This document shows positions 27,155 to 38,209 of a stretch of 64,000 nucleotides of DNA, piece by piece; the stretch's first letter is position 1, and every line of letters begins with the position of its first letter. The stretch lies in the IMG/VR virus record IMGVR_UViG_3300042402_005830, positions 1 through 64,000 of that record. One strand, 5' to 3'. A model generated the notes under the pieces. It saw only the letters and a program-made list of their open reading frames with translations. It was not told where the DNA came from and made no database searches. Origin of the DNA: a virus. A program made the translations under genes and the position numbers.

Positions 27155-28033
27155 ATGATTGAAAAATTTCTAAAGATTTTAAACGAAATAGGTATTCGTA
27201 AACTCATAAATACATATTTTTTGGGAGATGGAGATCTTTTTATAAAAACTCTCACCAAAAAAGGGGACAAAATTCCCATGGGTTTATTGAAAGAACTTTC
27301 TTTAAATGGTTGGTCAGATAGTAGTATCAGATACTTGGAATCGGGTGATAGAGATGATCTTGAAAGGTTTATCTTTGAAATGATGAAGGGATCGTTGTAC
27401 AGTATGACTGTATCTAAAGTGGGTGATCGGTATATTTGGGAAGCCGATGTTTGGGATTTAATTTCATTAATTGAGTCGGAAAGTACTTATTTCGTAAAAT
27501 ATTTTATGGAACGGGATAAAGTATATTTTGGTTATGATTCTCGGAAATTCATCTCAAAAGAAAATGAGGAAAAAATTCATTCATACGAACTCAACGACAA
27601 AGAGACTGAGAGTTTTTCTTTGTATTTGAAAATTAAGGAAATCTTGGAAAGAAGTATGAATGAAGTATTTCACGAAGAGATAAAAAATCTAATCTACGGA
27701 AAATTTGCTAAATTTCTTGGAATAGATCAAAATTCAATGGTAAGGAAATTCATTCCTCCCGATACGGTTTTTTGGGAAATAGATGTTACAAACATTATGA
27801 AAGATTTGGTGGAAAAAACATTGGAATTGCTCCACTTAAATCAAAAAAGGGGTTATTCAGAAGATTATGCGTGGGAAAAAGGTTCATTTGCAAATGTTTT
27901 AGAAGACAGGGGTGAAATTAAATTCACACACGAATTTTTTGATGAAGATGGTTTGAAAGAAGTAGAAAAATTATTCAATAAAGAATTAGGTGAGTTGTTG
28001 GATACAGAATTACAAAAACAACAAAATCAATAA
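27155..28033 (+). CDS. hypothetical protein
   Basis: 292-aa ORF; TATTTAT at 27144. Confidence 0.7.
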   Translation: MIEKFLKILNEIGIRKLINTYFLGDGDLFIKTLTKKGDKIPMGLLKELSLNGWSDSSIRYLESGDRDDLERFIFEMMKGSLYSMTVSKVGDRYIWEADVWDLISLIESESTYFVKYFMERDKVYFGYDSRKFISKENEEKIHSYELNDKETESFSLYLKIKEILERSMNEVFHEEIKNLIYGKFAKFLGIDQNSMVRKFIPPDTVFWEIDVTNIMKDLVEKTLELLHLNQKRGYSEDYAWEKGSFANVLEDRGEIKFTHEFFDEDGLKEVEKLFNKELGELLDTELQKQQNQ

Positions 28034-28052
28034 TATTTATATATAAAAAAAT

Positions 28053-28781
28053 ATGAAAGAAAATTTAAGAGTTCTTGAAGCTCACGAGTCGGGTAAAGGT
28101 ATATTGGTTGAACACGATGCCGGATATATATCACCAACCCATCCTGAAAATGAAAAAATTATAAGTGAATCCAAAACTTTAAGAGATTATTCAAAACCAT
28201 TTATTTTTTATGCCGTTCTTCAAAAATCTGATACACCAAACAGAAACGGAAGATTATATCCCGAAAAAATATTAAAAAGGGAAGCTGACAATTATAAGAG
28301 AATGATTCAAAAAGGGACATCCCTTTCCGAACTCAATCACCCTGAATCATCAATTGTGGATTTGGAAAGAGTTTCACATATTATAGATGATGTGTGGTGG
28401 GATGGAAAAACTTTGATGGGTAAATTAAGACTCCTCACCTCACCAGGTTTCCATGAAAGAGGAATTGTCTCAACACCTGGTGATATTGCCGCAAACCTTA
28501 TGAGACAAGGTTGTACGATGGGTATTTCATCAAGAGGGGTCGGTACTCTTAAGAAGAAGGGAGAACAGAATGAAGTTCAGGATGATTTTGAACTTATTTG
28601 TTTTGACCTTGTTTCTTCACCATCCACACCCGGAGCATATCTTTTTGACAAACCTGAAGATAAAAATAACTACGAAGAGAATATAGAAGAAGAAAAGAAC
28701 TTGAGAAAACCCGAATCAGAAAAAGGGATGGGTAAATCGCTTGATTTAATGAACAAACTTTCCGACTTTTTGGGTAGATAA
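28053..28781 (+). CDS. prohead protease (T4 gp21-like)
   Basis: NRNGRLYP, ELNHP, GISSRGVG, FDLVSSPS motifs. Confidence 0.93.
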   Translation: MKENLRVLEAHESGKGILVEHDAGYISPTHPENEKIISESKTLRDYSKPFIFYAVLQKSDTPNRNGRLYPEKILKREADNYKRMIQKGTSLSELNHPESSIVDLERVSHIIDDVWWDGKTLMGKLRLLTSPGFHERGIVSTPGDIAANLMRQGCTMGISSRGVGTLKKKGEQNEVQDDFELICFDLVSSPSTPGAYLFDKPEDKNNYEENIEEEKNLRKPESEKGMGKSLDLMNKLSDFLGR

Positions 28782-28792
28782 AACTTTATATT

Positions 28793-29005
28793 ATGGATGA
28801 GAAATATTTTATTGTAAAAATCCAATTTGAAACCGTGGATATCCAAACAGGAAAAACCAAAAAAACACGGGAAGAGAAATTGGTGAGAGGTTACAATGTG
28901 ACAGATGTGGAAGCTAAAGTCACAAAATTGTTTGAGAAATCAACAGAGGATTGGAGAATCACAAGTGCTACAGAAAGCAAAATCAATGAAGTGATTGAAA
29001 AATAA
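28793..29005 (+). CDS. DUF4494-like small protein
   Basis: YF.VK.....GK.KK..E..LV......EAK....WRI....SKI.EV pattern recalled from the Bacteroidota DUF4494 family. Confidence 0.55.
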   Translation: MDEKYFIVKIQFETVDIQTGKTKKTREEKLVRGYNVTDVEAKVTKLFEKSTEDWRITSATESKINEVIEK

Positions 29006-29029
29006 AAGGAGGTGAAAACCTCCTTTTTT
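29004..29029 (+). terminator. intrinsic terminator
   Basis: AAAAGGAGGT-gaaa-ACCTCCTTTTTT. Confidence 0.85.
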
Positions 29030-29119
29030 CATTTATATTCTTTCAATATAATAAAAAAACAAAATTTTTCTATATATGGGTATATTTATTTAGAAAAAAT
29101 AAATCTACTAAAATAGAAA

Positions 29120-30337
29120 ATGAGCAAAAAAGAAATTTTATTGGATGATACACTTCTTCAATTGAAAAATTTGGAGGAGTCTATCTCAAAAAACACAAAA
29201 GGAATACTTGCTTCAGTAATGAAGGAAGAAATCGCATCTTTAGTAAAAGAATCTTTAGGTGGTGACACCGAAGAGGTTAAAGAACAGGTTGAAGACGATG
29301 AACTTGAAATGGATCTCGGAGACGAGGGAAGTGAAGAGGAAATTGAATTTGACATGGAAGACGAAGGTGATGAAGAAGAAATGGACGTTGACTTTCCTGC
29401 AGGATTCGGAGACGAAGAAGAGGACTTTGAAGCGATGGGCGACGAAGAACTTGACTTTGACATGGAAGATGAATTGGAGGGAGAAGACGAAGATTTAGTT
29501 GACATCACAAATATGAGTGACGAAGAACTCGTAAAGGTTTTCAAATTGATGGGTGATGAAGATGGAGTCGTTGTTCAAAAGGAGGACGATGAAATTCACC
29601 TTAAAGACGAAAACGAAGGTGTAGAATATGAAATTCAATTGGAAGGCGAAGATCACGATTTGGAAGAAATGATGGACATGAAAGAAATGGATACCGAGGT
29701 TGAGGAAGAAGTTTCAGAAATGGAAGAAGTTGATGAAGAGGAAGTGATGTACGAAATTGAATTTAACGAAGAAGAAGAAGAAGAGGAAGAAGTTGAGTTA
29801 GAAGAAACTTACGAAGAGGCTCACGAAGGTGAGGAATACAAAGAAGAAGCCAAGGAAGCGGCTAGAACCTTGGGTAATGGAAAATATTGGGGAAGGGATG
29901 GATTGCCTAAACCACACGCAGCACCTAGTCGTTTGAAGGCTGAGTCATATAAGAGACAAATTGCAGAACTCAAAGAAAAAAATGAGGAATACAAAAAAGC
30001 TCTTGATTTATTCAGAACTAAATTGAATGAGGTTGCGATTTTCAACTCAAATTTAGCTTATGCTACAAGACTATTTACTGAACATTCAACAACCAAGAAA
30101 GAAAAAATAAACATTCTTAAGAGATTTGATAATGTAGAAACTTTGAAAGAGTCAAAGAACTTATACAAGTCGATCAAGAATGAATTGGTTAGTTCAGCAA
30201 CCGTTGTAACCGAATCTGTGGTAAATAAAGTACAAAAAACACCACAAAAAGGTTCAACAAATCTCGTTGAATCAAAAACATATGAGAACGCACAGTTCCT
30301 CAGAATGAAAGATTTAATGACAAAAATAAACAAATAA
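29120..30337 (+). CDS. prohead core scaffolding protein
   Basis: Very acidic, C-terminal coiled coil, lies between protease and MCP. Confidence 0.8.
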   Translation: MSKKEILLDDTLLQLKNLEESISKNTKGILASVMKEEIASLVKESLGGDTEEVKEQVEDDELEMDLGDEGSEEEIEFDMEDEGDEEEMDVDFPAGFGDEEEDFEAMGDEELDFDMEDELEGEDEDLVDITNMSDEELVKVFKLMGDEDGVVVQKEDDEIHLKDENEGVEYEIQLEGEDHDLEEMMDMKEMDTEVEEEVSEMEEVDEEEVMYEIEFNEEEEEEEEVELEETYEEAHEGEEYKEEAKEAARTLGNGKYWGRDGLPKPHAAPSRLKAESYKRQIAELKEKNEEYKKALDLFRTKLNEVAIFNSNLAYATRLFTEHSTTKKEKINILKRFDNVETLKESKNLYKSIKNELVSSATVVTESVVNKVQKTPQKGSTNLVESKTYENAQFLRMKDLMTKINK

Positions 30338-30357
30338 ATTAAACAAAAAAAATTAAT

Positions 30358-32160
30358 ATGGGAGCATTATTAGAAAGTGGTTTAGTTGGTAACATCGGTC
30401 TTAAGCACCTCAAAGTTATCAAGGAAGACACTATAAACAAATGGGACAAATTAGGTTTCCTCGAAGGGTTGGGTGGTCACTTAAAAGAAAACATGGCTCA
30501 ACTTTATGAGAACCAAGCGTCACACTTAATTAACGAAGCGGCAGCAACAGATTCATCAGGTTCTTTTGAAACTGTTGTTTTCCCAATCATCAGAAGAGTT
30601 TTCTCTAAGCTTTTGGCAAACGATATCGTTTCTGTCCAAGCGATGAACTTACCTATTGGTAAACTCTTCTACTTCGTTCCTAAAATTCAAAATTACGATA
30701 CAGGTAACCAACACTATCCACCCGTTGGATCACCTGAAGCTATTGCAGATTCTGTAAATAACCCAAACCAAGGATATGATACTGGTAAAAACCTTTACGA
30801 TAGATTCTACGAAGGTAACGAAGCAGCATTAGATCCTCCTGGTCTTTTCGATTATTCAAAAGGAAGATATAGTGCAATAACCTCAACCGCAGTTGTAACC
30901 CAAGTTTGGGATAGTACTACAGGTGATTTAGTCGCTTCAGGTTATGGTGCTGGCGAATATAGAAAAGTTCTTTTAACCCTTTCAGGATTCAGTAACGGAG
31001 GTTTTGGAAAACTTTTAGGACCCGATGGTAACATGGTGGATAGTGAAACATTCCTTTCAGACTTAGTTGTCAAGGCTAAGAACACAGGTGCGTTTTCAGG
31101 TGCAGGTTCAGGGAATTTATTATTCAGAGTTGTAACTCAAAAATATGGTAAAGGAATCGTTCAATACGGATCTCAAACATCAACAACATTCGGGGCTTCA
31201 AATACCGCAAATGGTGGGGCTTATGATGACATTTGTAGTGCTGACGGTAAGATTTACTTAGAAGTTGACCTTCAAGTCCCTTGTTCAATTGGTTCAGGAT
31301 CATTGGACGGATATTCAGGTCTTACAACAACCATTGCGGGTACAAGTGCGGCTGGTTCGCAGTTTGAGTGTTTTTACCGAATCTACGAAGAATTGGAATT
31401 CGAAGACAGAATTGGTGAAGTTTCATTTGATCTCGAGTCAGTTACAGTTTCTGTTTCTGAAAGAAAGTTGAGAGCACAATGGTCACCTGAACTCGCTCAG
31501 GACGTTGCTGCTTTCCACAACATCGATGCAGAAGCAGAATTGACAGCATTGTTGTCAGAACAAGTTGCTGCTGAAATCGACAGAGAAATCCTCAGAGACC
31601 TTAGAAAAGGTGCAGCATGGCAGTTAAGATGGGATTACAACGGATGGAAAAGAGGTACATCTGCTAACCCATTGACACAATACACACAGAAAGATTGGAA
31701 CCAAACATTGATCACTGCGATCAACCAACTTTCTGCACAAATCCACAAGTCAACTTTGAGAGGTGGTGCTAACTGGATCGTTGTTTCTTCTGAAATTTCA
31801 GCAATTTTCGACGATTTGGAATACTTCCACGTTTCAAACGCAGCTCCTGAACAGGATCAGTACAACATGGGTATCGAAAGAGTAGGAACACTCTCTGGTA
31901 GATATCAAGTTTACCGTGACCCATACTTCCCACCAAACCAAATCTTGATAGGTCATAAGGGAACGTCATTACTTGACACAGGTTACGTTTACGCACCATA
32001 CGTACCCCTTCAGTTGACACCAACAATGTATAACCCATTCAACTTCACCCCAATCAAGGGTATCATGACCAGATACGCTAAGAAAATGGTGAATAACAGA
32101 TTCTACGGTAGAATCACAGTTGATGGTGTTAGAACATTTGACTTAAGAGAATTGAGATAA
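30358..32160 (+). CDS. major capsid protein (T4 gp23-like)
   Basis: VSVQAMNLP, RKLRAQWSPELAQD..AFH.IDAEAEL, YAPYVPL, GIMTRY. Confidence 0.96.
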   Translation: MGALLESGLVGNIGLKHLKVIKEDTINKWDKLGFLEGLGGHLKENMAQLYENQASHLINEAAATDSSGSFETVVFPIIRRVFSKLLANDIVSVQAMNLPIGKLFYFVPKIQNYDTGNQHYPPVGSPEAIADSVNNPNQGYDTGKNLYDRFYEGNEAALDPPGLFDYSKGRYSAITSTAVVTQVWDSTTGDLVASGYGAGEYRKVLLTLSGFSNGGFGKLLGPDGNMVDSETFLSDLVVKAKNTGAFSGAGSGNLLFRVVTQKYGKGIVQYGSQTSTTFGASNTANGGAYDDICSADGKIYLEVDLQVPCSIGSGSLDGYSGLTTTIAGTSAAGSQFECFYRIYEELEFEDRIGEVSFDLESVTVSVSERKLRAQWSPELAQDVAAFHNIDAEAELTALLSEQVAAEIDREILRDLRKGAAWQLRWDYNGWKRGTSANPLTQYTQKDWNQTLITAINQLSAQIHKSTLRGGANWIVVSSEISAIFDDLEYFHVSNAAPEQDQYNMGIERVGTLSGRYQVYRDPYFPPNQILIGHKGTSLLDTGYVYAPYVPLQLTPTMYNPFNFTPIKGIMTRYAKKMVNNRFYGRITVDGVRTFDLRELR

Positions 32161-32181
32161 TCAATTAATAGTGTAAAATAG

Positions 32182-32208
32182 AAAAGGGAACTTCGGTTCC
32201 CTTTTTTT
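32182..32208. terminator. intrinsic terminator after MCP (bidirectional)
   Basis: AAAAGGGAAC-TTCG-GTTCCCTTTTTT. Confidence 0.88.
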
Positions 32209-32446
32209 ATTCTTCAATTTTATGAACTTTTCTTATTGATTTAGAAATCACTTCAGCTTCTTCCAAACTCAATATTCCCCTCCTTTGAGCATAGTTACAA
32301 CATTCCATCAAACAAAATAATGATTGATCGTAATTTAAATTATCAATAAATTTTTCCAAATCCGAAATAGAATAATAATTTATTGAATTGAATAAGGTAC
32401 CTAATGGTTTTTCTTCTTGTGTATTGTCCATGATGGAAAAATACAA
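32207..32446 (-). CDS. hypothetical protein
   Basis: 79-aa ORF (start possibly MDNTQ at 32431). Confidence 0.65.
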   Translation of the reverse strand: MYFSIMDNTQEEKPLGTLFNSINYYSISDLEKFIDNLNYDQSLFCLMECCNYAQRRGILSLEEAEVISKSIRKVHKIEE

Positions 32447-32476
32447 ATTTTCAGGATATTTATCAATAAAAAAAGT

Positions 32477-33376
32477 ATGTCGCAGTTAAAAGAAGATTTA
32501 GCGGTGTGGTTTGGAAAAAAGAAAAAAGGTAAAGGATCAAAACAACCACAAGGTCCGTGGGTTAATATATGTAGAAAAAAAGAAGCAGGTGGTCATCCTG
32601 AGTGTGGTAGAGAAGAAGGAGGTAAGAGGGGTTATCCTGTGTGTAGAGCAAGATCTGTAGCATCGAAGATGAGTGAGGAGGAAAAGAAATCAGCTTGTGC
32701 GAGAAAAAGAAATAAAGAAAAGAAAGATCCACAAACAGGAAAAGGTCAAAAACCAACAAGAATACAAATTAAAGGATATAAAAAAGAATCAGTTATGGAA
32801 AAACCAATTTTTCAGTGGACAACACTCAACGAAAACAAAACCATACTCAGTGAAGGTATGACATATCATATTGAAAATCACATTCCTTTACATGAGAATG
32901 TTTTTAGGATGGGATCCGAGAGTTATTTCTCTTTGTTCAGAGAAGCAAGAAGTTTAGGATTTGAAAACTTCACAAACTCTATTGATAGATGGTTGATTAA
33001 AAACACCGATATTGGAATTTTTGAGTTATATGAGAATGAGTTGGTTCCTTTGGATATTCCAATGTTATATGAGGCGGAATACCAAGGAAAGAATGTCCAA
33101 TTAAACAAACCAATGAGAGGAGGAAGTGGTGGAAAAAAATTCAAGGTATATGTTAAAGATCCCAAAACGGGGAATGTAAAGAAAGTCTCATTTGGTGCTG
33201 CGGGAGGTGGTGGGTCTTTGGCTGTAAAACTTAAAGATCCTGCGGCTAAAAGATCATTTGCTGCTAGACACAAATGTCATACAACCAAAGACAAAACAAC
33301 AGCTTCTTATTGGGCTTGTAGATTACCAAGATACGCTAAGTCTTTGGGGTTAAGTGGGGGTGGTACATGGTGGTAA
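32477..33376 (+). CDS. multi-domain basic Cys-containing protein (DUF5872/DUF6321-like modules of T4-like phages)
   Basis: WVNICRK..CGR..YPVCR module and AEYQG.....KP...KKF.VYV....RSFAARHKC...YWACR module; start reassigned after TATTTAT 32457. Confidence 0.65.
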   Translation: MSQLKEDLAVWFGKKKKGKGSKQPQGPWVNICRKKEAGGHPECGREEGGKRGYPVCRARSVASKMSEEEKKSACARKRNKEKKDPQTGKGQKPTRIQIKGYKKESVMEKPIFQWTTLNENKTILSEGMTYHIENHIPLHENVFRMGSESYFSLFREARSLGFENFTNSIDRWLIKNTDIGIFELYENELVPLDIPMLYEAEYQGKNVQLNKPMRGGSGGKKFKVYVKDPKTGNVKKVSFGAAGGGGSLAVKLKDPAAKRSFAARHKCHTTKDKTTASYWACRLPRYAKSLGLSGGGTWW

Positions 33377-33636
33377 ATCCATATTCTGAAGAAGTTCAAG
33401 ATGAAGTAATTCTTCGTGTCTTCAAAGAAGATGTGGAGAACGATGAACTTGTTTGGCATCGTGATCGTAGGGATAGGAAAGTAGAGATTGTAGAATCCAA
33501 CGAGTGGTTCTTTCAGTTTGAAGATCAATTGCCTATAGAGATGAAAAAAGGGGATGTATTTAACATCCCCAAAGAAAGTTATCACCGAATTATTAAAGGT
33601 AAAAATGATTTAATAGTTAAAATTTTTGAATATTAA
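33367..33636 (+). CDS. cupin-fold protein
   Basis: ELVWHRD...W.FQ...P......G....IP...YHRIIKG. Confidence 0.7.
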   Translation: MVVNPYSEEVQDEVILRVFKEDVENDELVWHRDRRDRKVEIVESNEWFFQFEDQLPIEMKKGDVFNIPKESYHRIIKGKNDLIVKIFEY

Positions 33637-33784
33637 ACTTTTTTAATCTTATTGAATAATTTGTGGTAGTTAAAAAATCTTTATGATATAAATTAAAATA
33701 ATCTACAGCCGAATCAGCACTGTTTGCTTCTGTTTCGTTGATAACTTTTCCGTTCTTTAGTAGTTCGTATGTTTTGAAATTCAT
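33617..33784 (-). CDS. small hypothetical protein (55 aa, not in ORF track)
   Basis: MNFKTYELLKNGKVINETEANSADSAVDYF...; TATTTAT at 33802-33808. Confidence 0.45.
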   Translation of the reverse strand: MNFKTYELLKNGKVINETEANSADSAVDYFNLYHKDFLTTTNYSIRLKKFNIQKF

Positions 33785-33831
33785 TGGTCAAAAACTTTCC
33801 CATAAATATTCAAAATCGTGTAAAAATTACA

Positions 33832-36615
33832 TCAATTAAAACTATATTTAAAACTAAAATTCATTGTTGATCCGAACCTTGTTTCTTGCCATCTATTATC
33901 ACCTTCATCTAACTTTTCATTTCCATTTAAATCTTGGAACATCACCAAATCTTGTGATAATAAATCTCTAATATTCATTTTAAATTCAAGATTTTCAAAC
34001 TTTTTGGATAACTGAAGATCAATTAAATTTCTTCCGTTTTCCCAAACTGAAGGTTCTTGAACATTTCCCACCACAAATATTCTTGGACCAATTACATTGT
34101 AAGTTGTTGAAACATTCCATCCATTTGGTGTGTTATAGAATAATCCAACATTATAAACATAAGGTGATTGTCCTTGTAATGGTCTTCCGTCTTCTGACCC
34201 TGCAAAACCTTCAAGATTAACCTCTGAATCAATTAACGAAATATTGGAAGTAATGTCCAAATTTTCAATCAAATTTACCTTACCCTCTATTTCAACACCT
34301 CTGATATGTGCTGATTCAACATTTGAATAATAAATTTCTGGTGCTCCTGAAATTCCTGTTCTATTAATTGCTTCTATTGGGTTATTTAAATTCTTATTGA
34401 AGAATGAAACCGAAATAATTTCACTTAAGTCAGGATAGTATTCAAATCTTATTTCTTGATTATTAATTCTTGTTCTTTCAAGATATGAATTACCGGTAAT
34501 AATATTATCTTGAATAAAATTATAAAAAGTAAACGGGGCGAGTTCTCTAAATTCAGGTCTTGAAACACTTGAATATATAGAAGATCTTACTTGAGTTTTT
34601 TCATTTATGGAATAAACCAAATTAAGGGAGGGTAAAAGATCTGTAATATTACTATTGATATGGATTGGTTTGTTGGAACCAAATTCTGTATAATAGAAAT
34701 TTTGGTTGTAATTTTCCAATCTTAATCCTCCAATCAATCTCAAAGATTTCCATTTTGAATCAAGTGAAATATATCCTGAATTAAGATTGGAGTTTGCATC
34801 ATAACTATCATCCACATTTGTTGATTCATCCAATTTAAACCCTCCCATCCCATTTTGTAAGGTTCCCATATTTTCTTGTGAAAATATTTGACTTGGATCT
34901 AATAATAGTAAAGAACTATCAAAAACTCCTCCTTGAGGTCTATATTGTGAATAACCTAAATTTCTTGAAATAAAATTTCTTTCTCTGTATTGGTGGTATG
35001 AACCGATTTTAACTTCGTTTTCTAAATTCAAAAAAGAAAAACTACGAGACCAATCAAGTCTTCCTGAATAAAGATTTTCATCAGAATAAGACCAAAACAT
35101 ATTCCCAGCAGCTGTTGGAATTGTTCCGTTGGTTTGAATAACTGCCGCATATTGAGAATTTGGATCATCTTCTGTGAGAGAATATTTCCTATAAACAATT
35201 CTTCTTAAGTTCGGTATATCTCTTCTCACATTATTGTAACTCAAAGTCCAATTTAGTTTTGAGTTATCAAAAGTATGATTTCCGATTAATTGTTGTGATA
35301 AGAAATTATTTTGTGTGTACCAAAAGTTTGTCGATCTTTCCCATTGTCTTGGGTCATTATCCATCTCACGAACTCCACTTCTTACATTCACTCTATCTTC
35401 AGAATTTATTGTATAGAAGTTTTTTAATTTTATAGTGTGGTTAGGATTTAACAAAAAAGAAAAATTTAATAACCCACTGTTTGCAATTGTTTGAACAAAC
35501 ACAGAATCATTCAGTTCCATCTTTTGAACAACACCTAGTTCTTGTTCTTCAAAATCTCTTCTTGTGGTTGTGGTGGTGTTATATTGATTGGAATAATTGT
35601 AAGCCCCACTTACAAGAAGTGTTTTATTTCCGATTGAATAGTTTCTTCCAATCGTGTATTGAATTGTTGAAGAAGGTGGGGCAATTCTGTAATGTGTTGA
35701 CCAATCTGTTTGAATAAGTGTTGCGAGTGTTGCTCTTTCTTGTCTTGATAAATTCACAAATTCCGATGTGTTCGGAATATTGTCAGGTAAACACCTAAAT
35801 TCAGACCCTAAACCCAAAATATCCATTGGACTTCCTTGATATGTTCCAAACCTTTGAAATGAGGTCATTCCATTAACTGAAGTTCCAATCTGTAAGGTTT
35901 GGTATGTAATCTCTTTTGGTTCGGTTGTATTGATATTTATCAAACCACCAGTGAATTCGCCTGAAAGATCCGCAGAAGCCGACTTATTGATATATAAATT
36001 ATCAATCATATTGGATGGAAAAAGATCAAAAGAAAATGCTCTTCTATCCGATTCTGTTGATGGTAGGGGTGATCCGTTAATTAATGCGAAGTTGTACCTG
36101 TCATTTAGACCTCTGACGATCACGAATTTATTTTCTTGAACTGTGACACCACCCACCCGTTTAAATACATCAGAAGCTCTTGAATCAGGTGTTTTATTAA
36201 ATGTTTCAGATGAAACCCCATCAATAACCGATGCTGATTTCCTTTGAAGAGAAACCATTTGTGTTGCCGATTGTTGATTGGCTTGAGCAACAACGGTTGC
36301 TTCACCAATCTCCATAAGGGTGGGTTTTAAAGATATATTCAAAACCCCGTCCCGATTAACCAAACTTACATTTTGAACTTGATTATCATATCCGATAAAA
36401 CTGACCCGAACATCATAATTTCCCGAAGGAATGCCTTTGATAGTGAAATTACCATCCAAATCACTCATCGTACCCTTTCCAAGTTCTTCAACATATACCG
36501 TAGCGCCAATCAACGACTCCCTTGTTTGAGAGTCGTTGACGGTACCAGATAAATTATATTGTGAAAAAGAACTTAAAGATAAGAATAAAAATATAAGTAG
36601 GTTAAAATATTTCAT
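33832..36615 (-). CDS. TonB-dependent outer-membrane receptor
   Basis: Signal peptide, carboxypeptidase-regulatory-like N-domain (SLIGATV...GT.SD.DGNF), plug (VRGLNDRYN..LING), SRPEFRELAPF, barrel ending FSFKYSFN. Confidence 0.93.
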   Translation of the reverse strand: MKYFNLLIFLFLSLSSFSQYNLSGTVNDSQTRESLIGATVYVEELGKGTMSDLDGNFTIKGIPSGNYDVRVSFIGYDNQVQNVSLVNRDGVLNISLKPTLMEIGEATVVAQANQQSATQMVSLQRKSASVIDGVSSETFNKTPDSRASDVFKRVGGVTVQENKFVIVRGLNDRYNFALINGSPLPSTESDRRAFSFDLFPSNMIDNLYINKSASADLSGEFTGGLININTTEPKEITYQTLQIGTSVNGMTSFQRFGTYQGSPMDILGLGSEFRCLPDNIPNTSEFVNLSRQERATLATLIQTDWSTHYRIAPPSSTIQYTIGRNYSIGNKTLLVSGAYNYSNQYNTTTTTRRDFEEQELGVVQKMELNDSVFVQTIANSGLLNFSFLLNPNHTIKLKNFYTINSEDRVNVRSGVREMDNDPRQWERSTNFWYTQNNFLSQQLIGNHTFDNSKLNWTLSYNNVRRDIPNLRRIVYRKYSLTEDDPNSQYAAVIQTNGTIPTAAGNMFWSYSDENLYSGRLDWSRSFSFLNLENEVKIGSYHQYRERNFISRNLGYSQYRPQGGVFDSSLLLLDPSQIFSQENMGTLQNGMGGFKLDESTNVDDSYDANSNLNSGYISLDSKWKSLRLIGGLRLENYNQNFYYTEFGSNKPIHINSNITDLLPSLNLVYSINEKTQVRSSIYSSVSRPEFRELAPFTFYNFIQDNIITGNSYLERTRINNQEIRFEYYPDLSEIISVSFFNKNLNNPIEAINRTGISGAPEIYYSNVESAHIRGVEIEGKVNLIENLDITSNISLIDSEVNLEGFAGSEDGRPLQGQSPYVYNVGLFYNTPNGWNVSTTYNVIGPRIFVVGNVQEPSVWENGRNLIDLQLSKKFENLEFKMNIRDLLSQDLVMFQDLNGNEKLDEGDNRWQETRFGSTMNFSFKYSFN

Positions 36616-36616
36616 T

Positions 36617-38209
36617 TTACTTATTGATTACAACCTTCTGAACATCACCCGATGTTTGAACGAAATAAATTCCGTTTGAGAAGTTTGTGGTGTTAATTGT
36701 TACAGGTGCAAAATCTTCGTAAACTCTTTGACCAACTTGGTTTGTAATTACAATTGGTGTTCTCTTTGGGGAAGTAACAACCAAGTAATCTGAGGTTGGG
36801 TTTGGATAAACATTCAAAGAAACTTCATTTTGATCTTCAACACCAATAACAATTGGGTTTGCTAGAAGTGGGTGAGTAAAGTCAGCTCCGAGTGCTGGTG
36901 AATTACTTTCACTCAATCTTCCGTCAGGGGTTAAACCAAGATCAACAAACAAATTAACCCAATCGATTTGTTCAATAGTTGTGAGTGAATCATTGTAATT
37001 TACTCCGAAGAAAGTATTATAAAAATCTTCAGTTCCCGAAACACAATTCGATCCAACAGGAAGATCTGCCAAGATATTGTGAGCAAAAACCAAATTACCT
37101 GTTTGAACATTAACTTGTGTTGATGTACCCTCAATAGATACACCTTTCTCCCATCCCGTAACAAGTGAATTGAAAACAGATGTTGAGGTGTTTCTTCTCA
37201 ATCTGAAAGCCTTTTCAAAAGTCTCTCCAACAGGAAGGTCATTCAAAATATCATCACCGAAAGGTCCGACCAATGTTACATTTGAAAAGACAGGTGCGGT
37301 TTTTGGTGTATTTTCTGAACCTTGACCGTCGTTGTCTGACTCAAAAGCGTTAGAGTCACCTACCGCGTCATACATATACTTGTTTCTGATAGAAAGTGCG
37401 AATTGAACTTTTCCTCTGTAGCCAAAATCGGTATCAAAGTCATCATCAATGCCACTATAAGCGATAAGGTGTTTTGCATTTACAGTTCCACCGAACCACT
37501 CAAAAGAATCGTCACCCGAATATGAAACTTGCACAAAATCTACAAGAGTTCCCGATCCAATAGATCCAAAGGTAATACCATTGATTTCTTTGTTTGGTTC
37601 AAGAGCAATACCACAGAACTCAATTCTTACATACTTGATAACACCCGAGTTGTCTGAATCATCAGTTCCACCATATTCGGTGTCTAAAGAGGCGGGAATT
37701 CCTTCTATGTTTGCAACACCACTTGGTTGATTGTTTATTGCATTTCCCAAGATTACAATACCTCCCCAATCTCCTTCTGCCCTTTCACCCACAGGTTGGT
37801 TTGATGTAAAAACGATTGGACTTGATTGTGTCCCTTCTGCGATAATTTTTGAACCCCTTGTGATTATTAAGGTTGCTTGAGTTGATGCATCTCCACGAAT
37901 AATAGTCCCTGGTTGAATTGTCAAAGTTGCACCGTTTTTTACATAAATTTTGTTTTGAATTTCAACGACACCACCGATAGTTGTATTAGTTGTAATGTCC
38001 GAATTCAACACCATAGATGGGGATGGGTATTCTGTGTTTTGTGGATCCCAATTAGACCATCCGTATGTCCAATCTGTTGATGGTGTGTTATCCGTTACGG
38101 GGAACGCTCCTTTGTAATTTACATAATCCCATGTCCATTCTTGGGCGTTTGCAGTAGAAAGACCCATAAATACTGCGAGGGTCATCAAAATTTGTTTTCT
38201 CATAATCAT
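36617..38209 (-). CDS. secreted beta-helix protein with a T9SS type A C-terminal sorting domain
   Basis: Signal peptide; GDWGGIVILG, DDSFEWFGG, DDDFDTD beta-helix motifs; VYPNPT...GIYFV...KVVINK CTD. Confidence 0.88.
   Translation of the reverse strand: MIMRKQILMTLAVFMGLSTANAQEWTWDYVNYKGAFPVTDNTPSTDWTYGWSNWDPQNTEYPSPSMVLNSDITTNTTIGGVVEIQNKIYVKNGATLTIQPGTIIRGDASTQATLIITRGSKIIAEGTQSSPIVFTSNQPVGERAEGDWGGIVILGNAINNQPSGVANIEGIPASLDTEYGGTDDSDNSGVIKYVRIEFCGIALEPNKEINGITFGSIGSGTLVDFVQVSYSGDDSFEWFGGTVNAKHLIAYSGIDDDFDTDFGYRGKVQFALSIRNKYMYDAVGDSNAFESDNDGQGSENTPKTAPVFSNVTLVGPFGDDILNDLPVGETFEKAFRLRRNTSTSVFNSLVTGWEKGVSIEGTSTQVNVQTGNLVFAHNILADLPVGSNCVSGTEDFYNTFFGVNYNDSLTTIEQIDWVNLFVDLGLTPDGRLSESNSPALGADFTHPLLANPIVIGVEDQNEVSLNVYPNPTSDYLVVTSPKRTPIVITNQVGQRVYEDFAPVTINTTNFSNGIYFVQTSGDVQKVVINK

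Noticed and set aside
29280-29860. GAA-rich low-complexity tract
   Set aside because: Explained by the Glu/Asp-rich scaffold protein
33832-38209. Host chromosomal flank or prophage boundary
   Set aside because: Phage late genes flank both sides, composition is similar and there is no integrase or att site; a chimeric assembly cannot be excluded without reads
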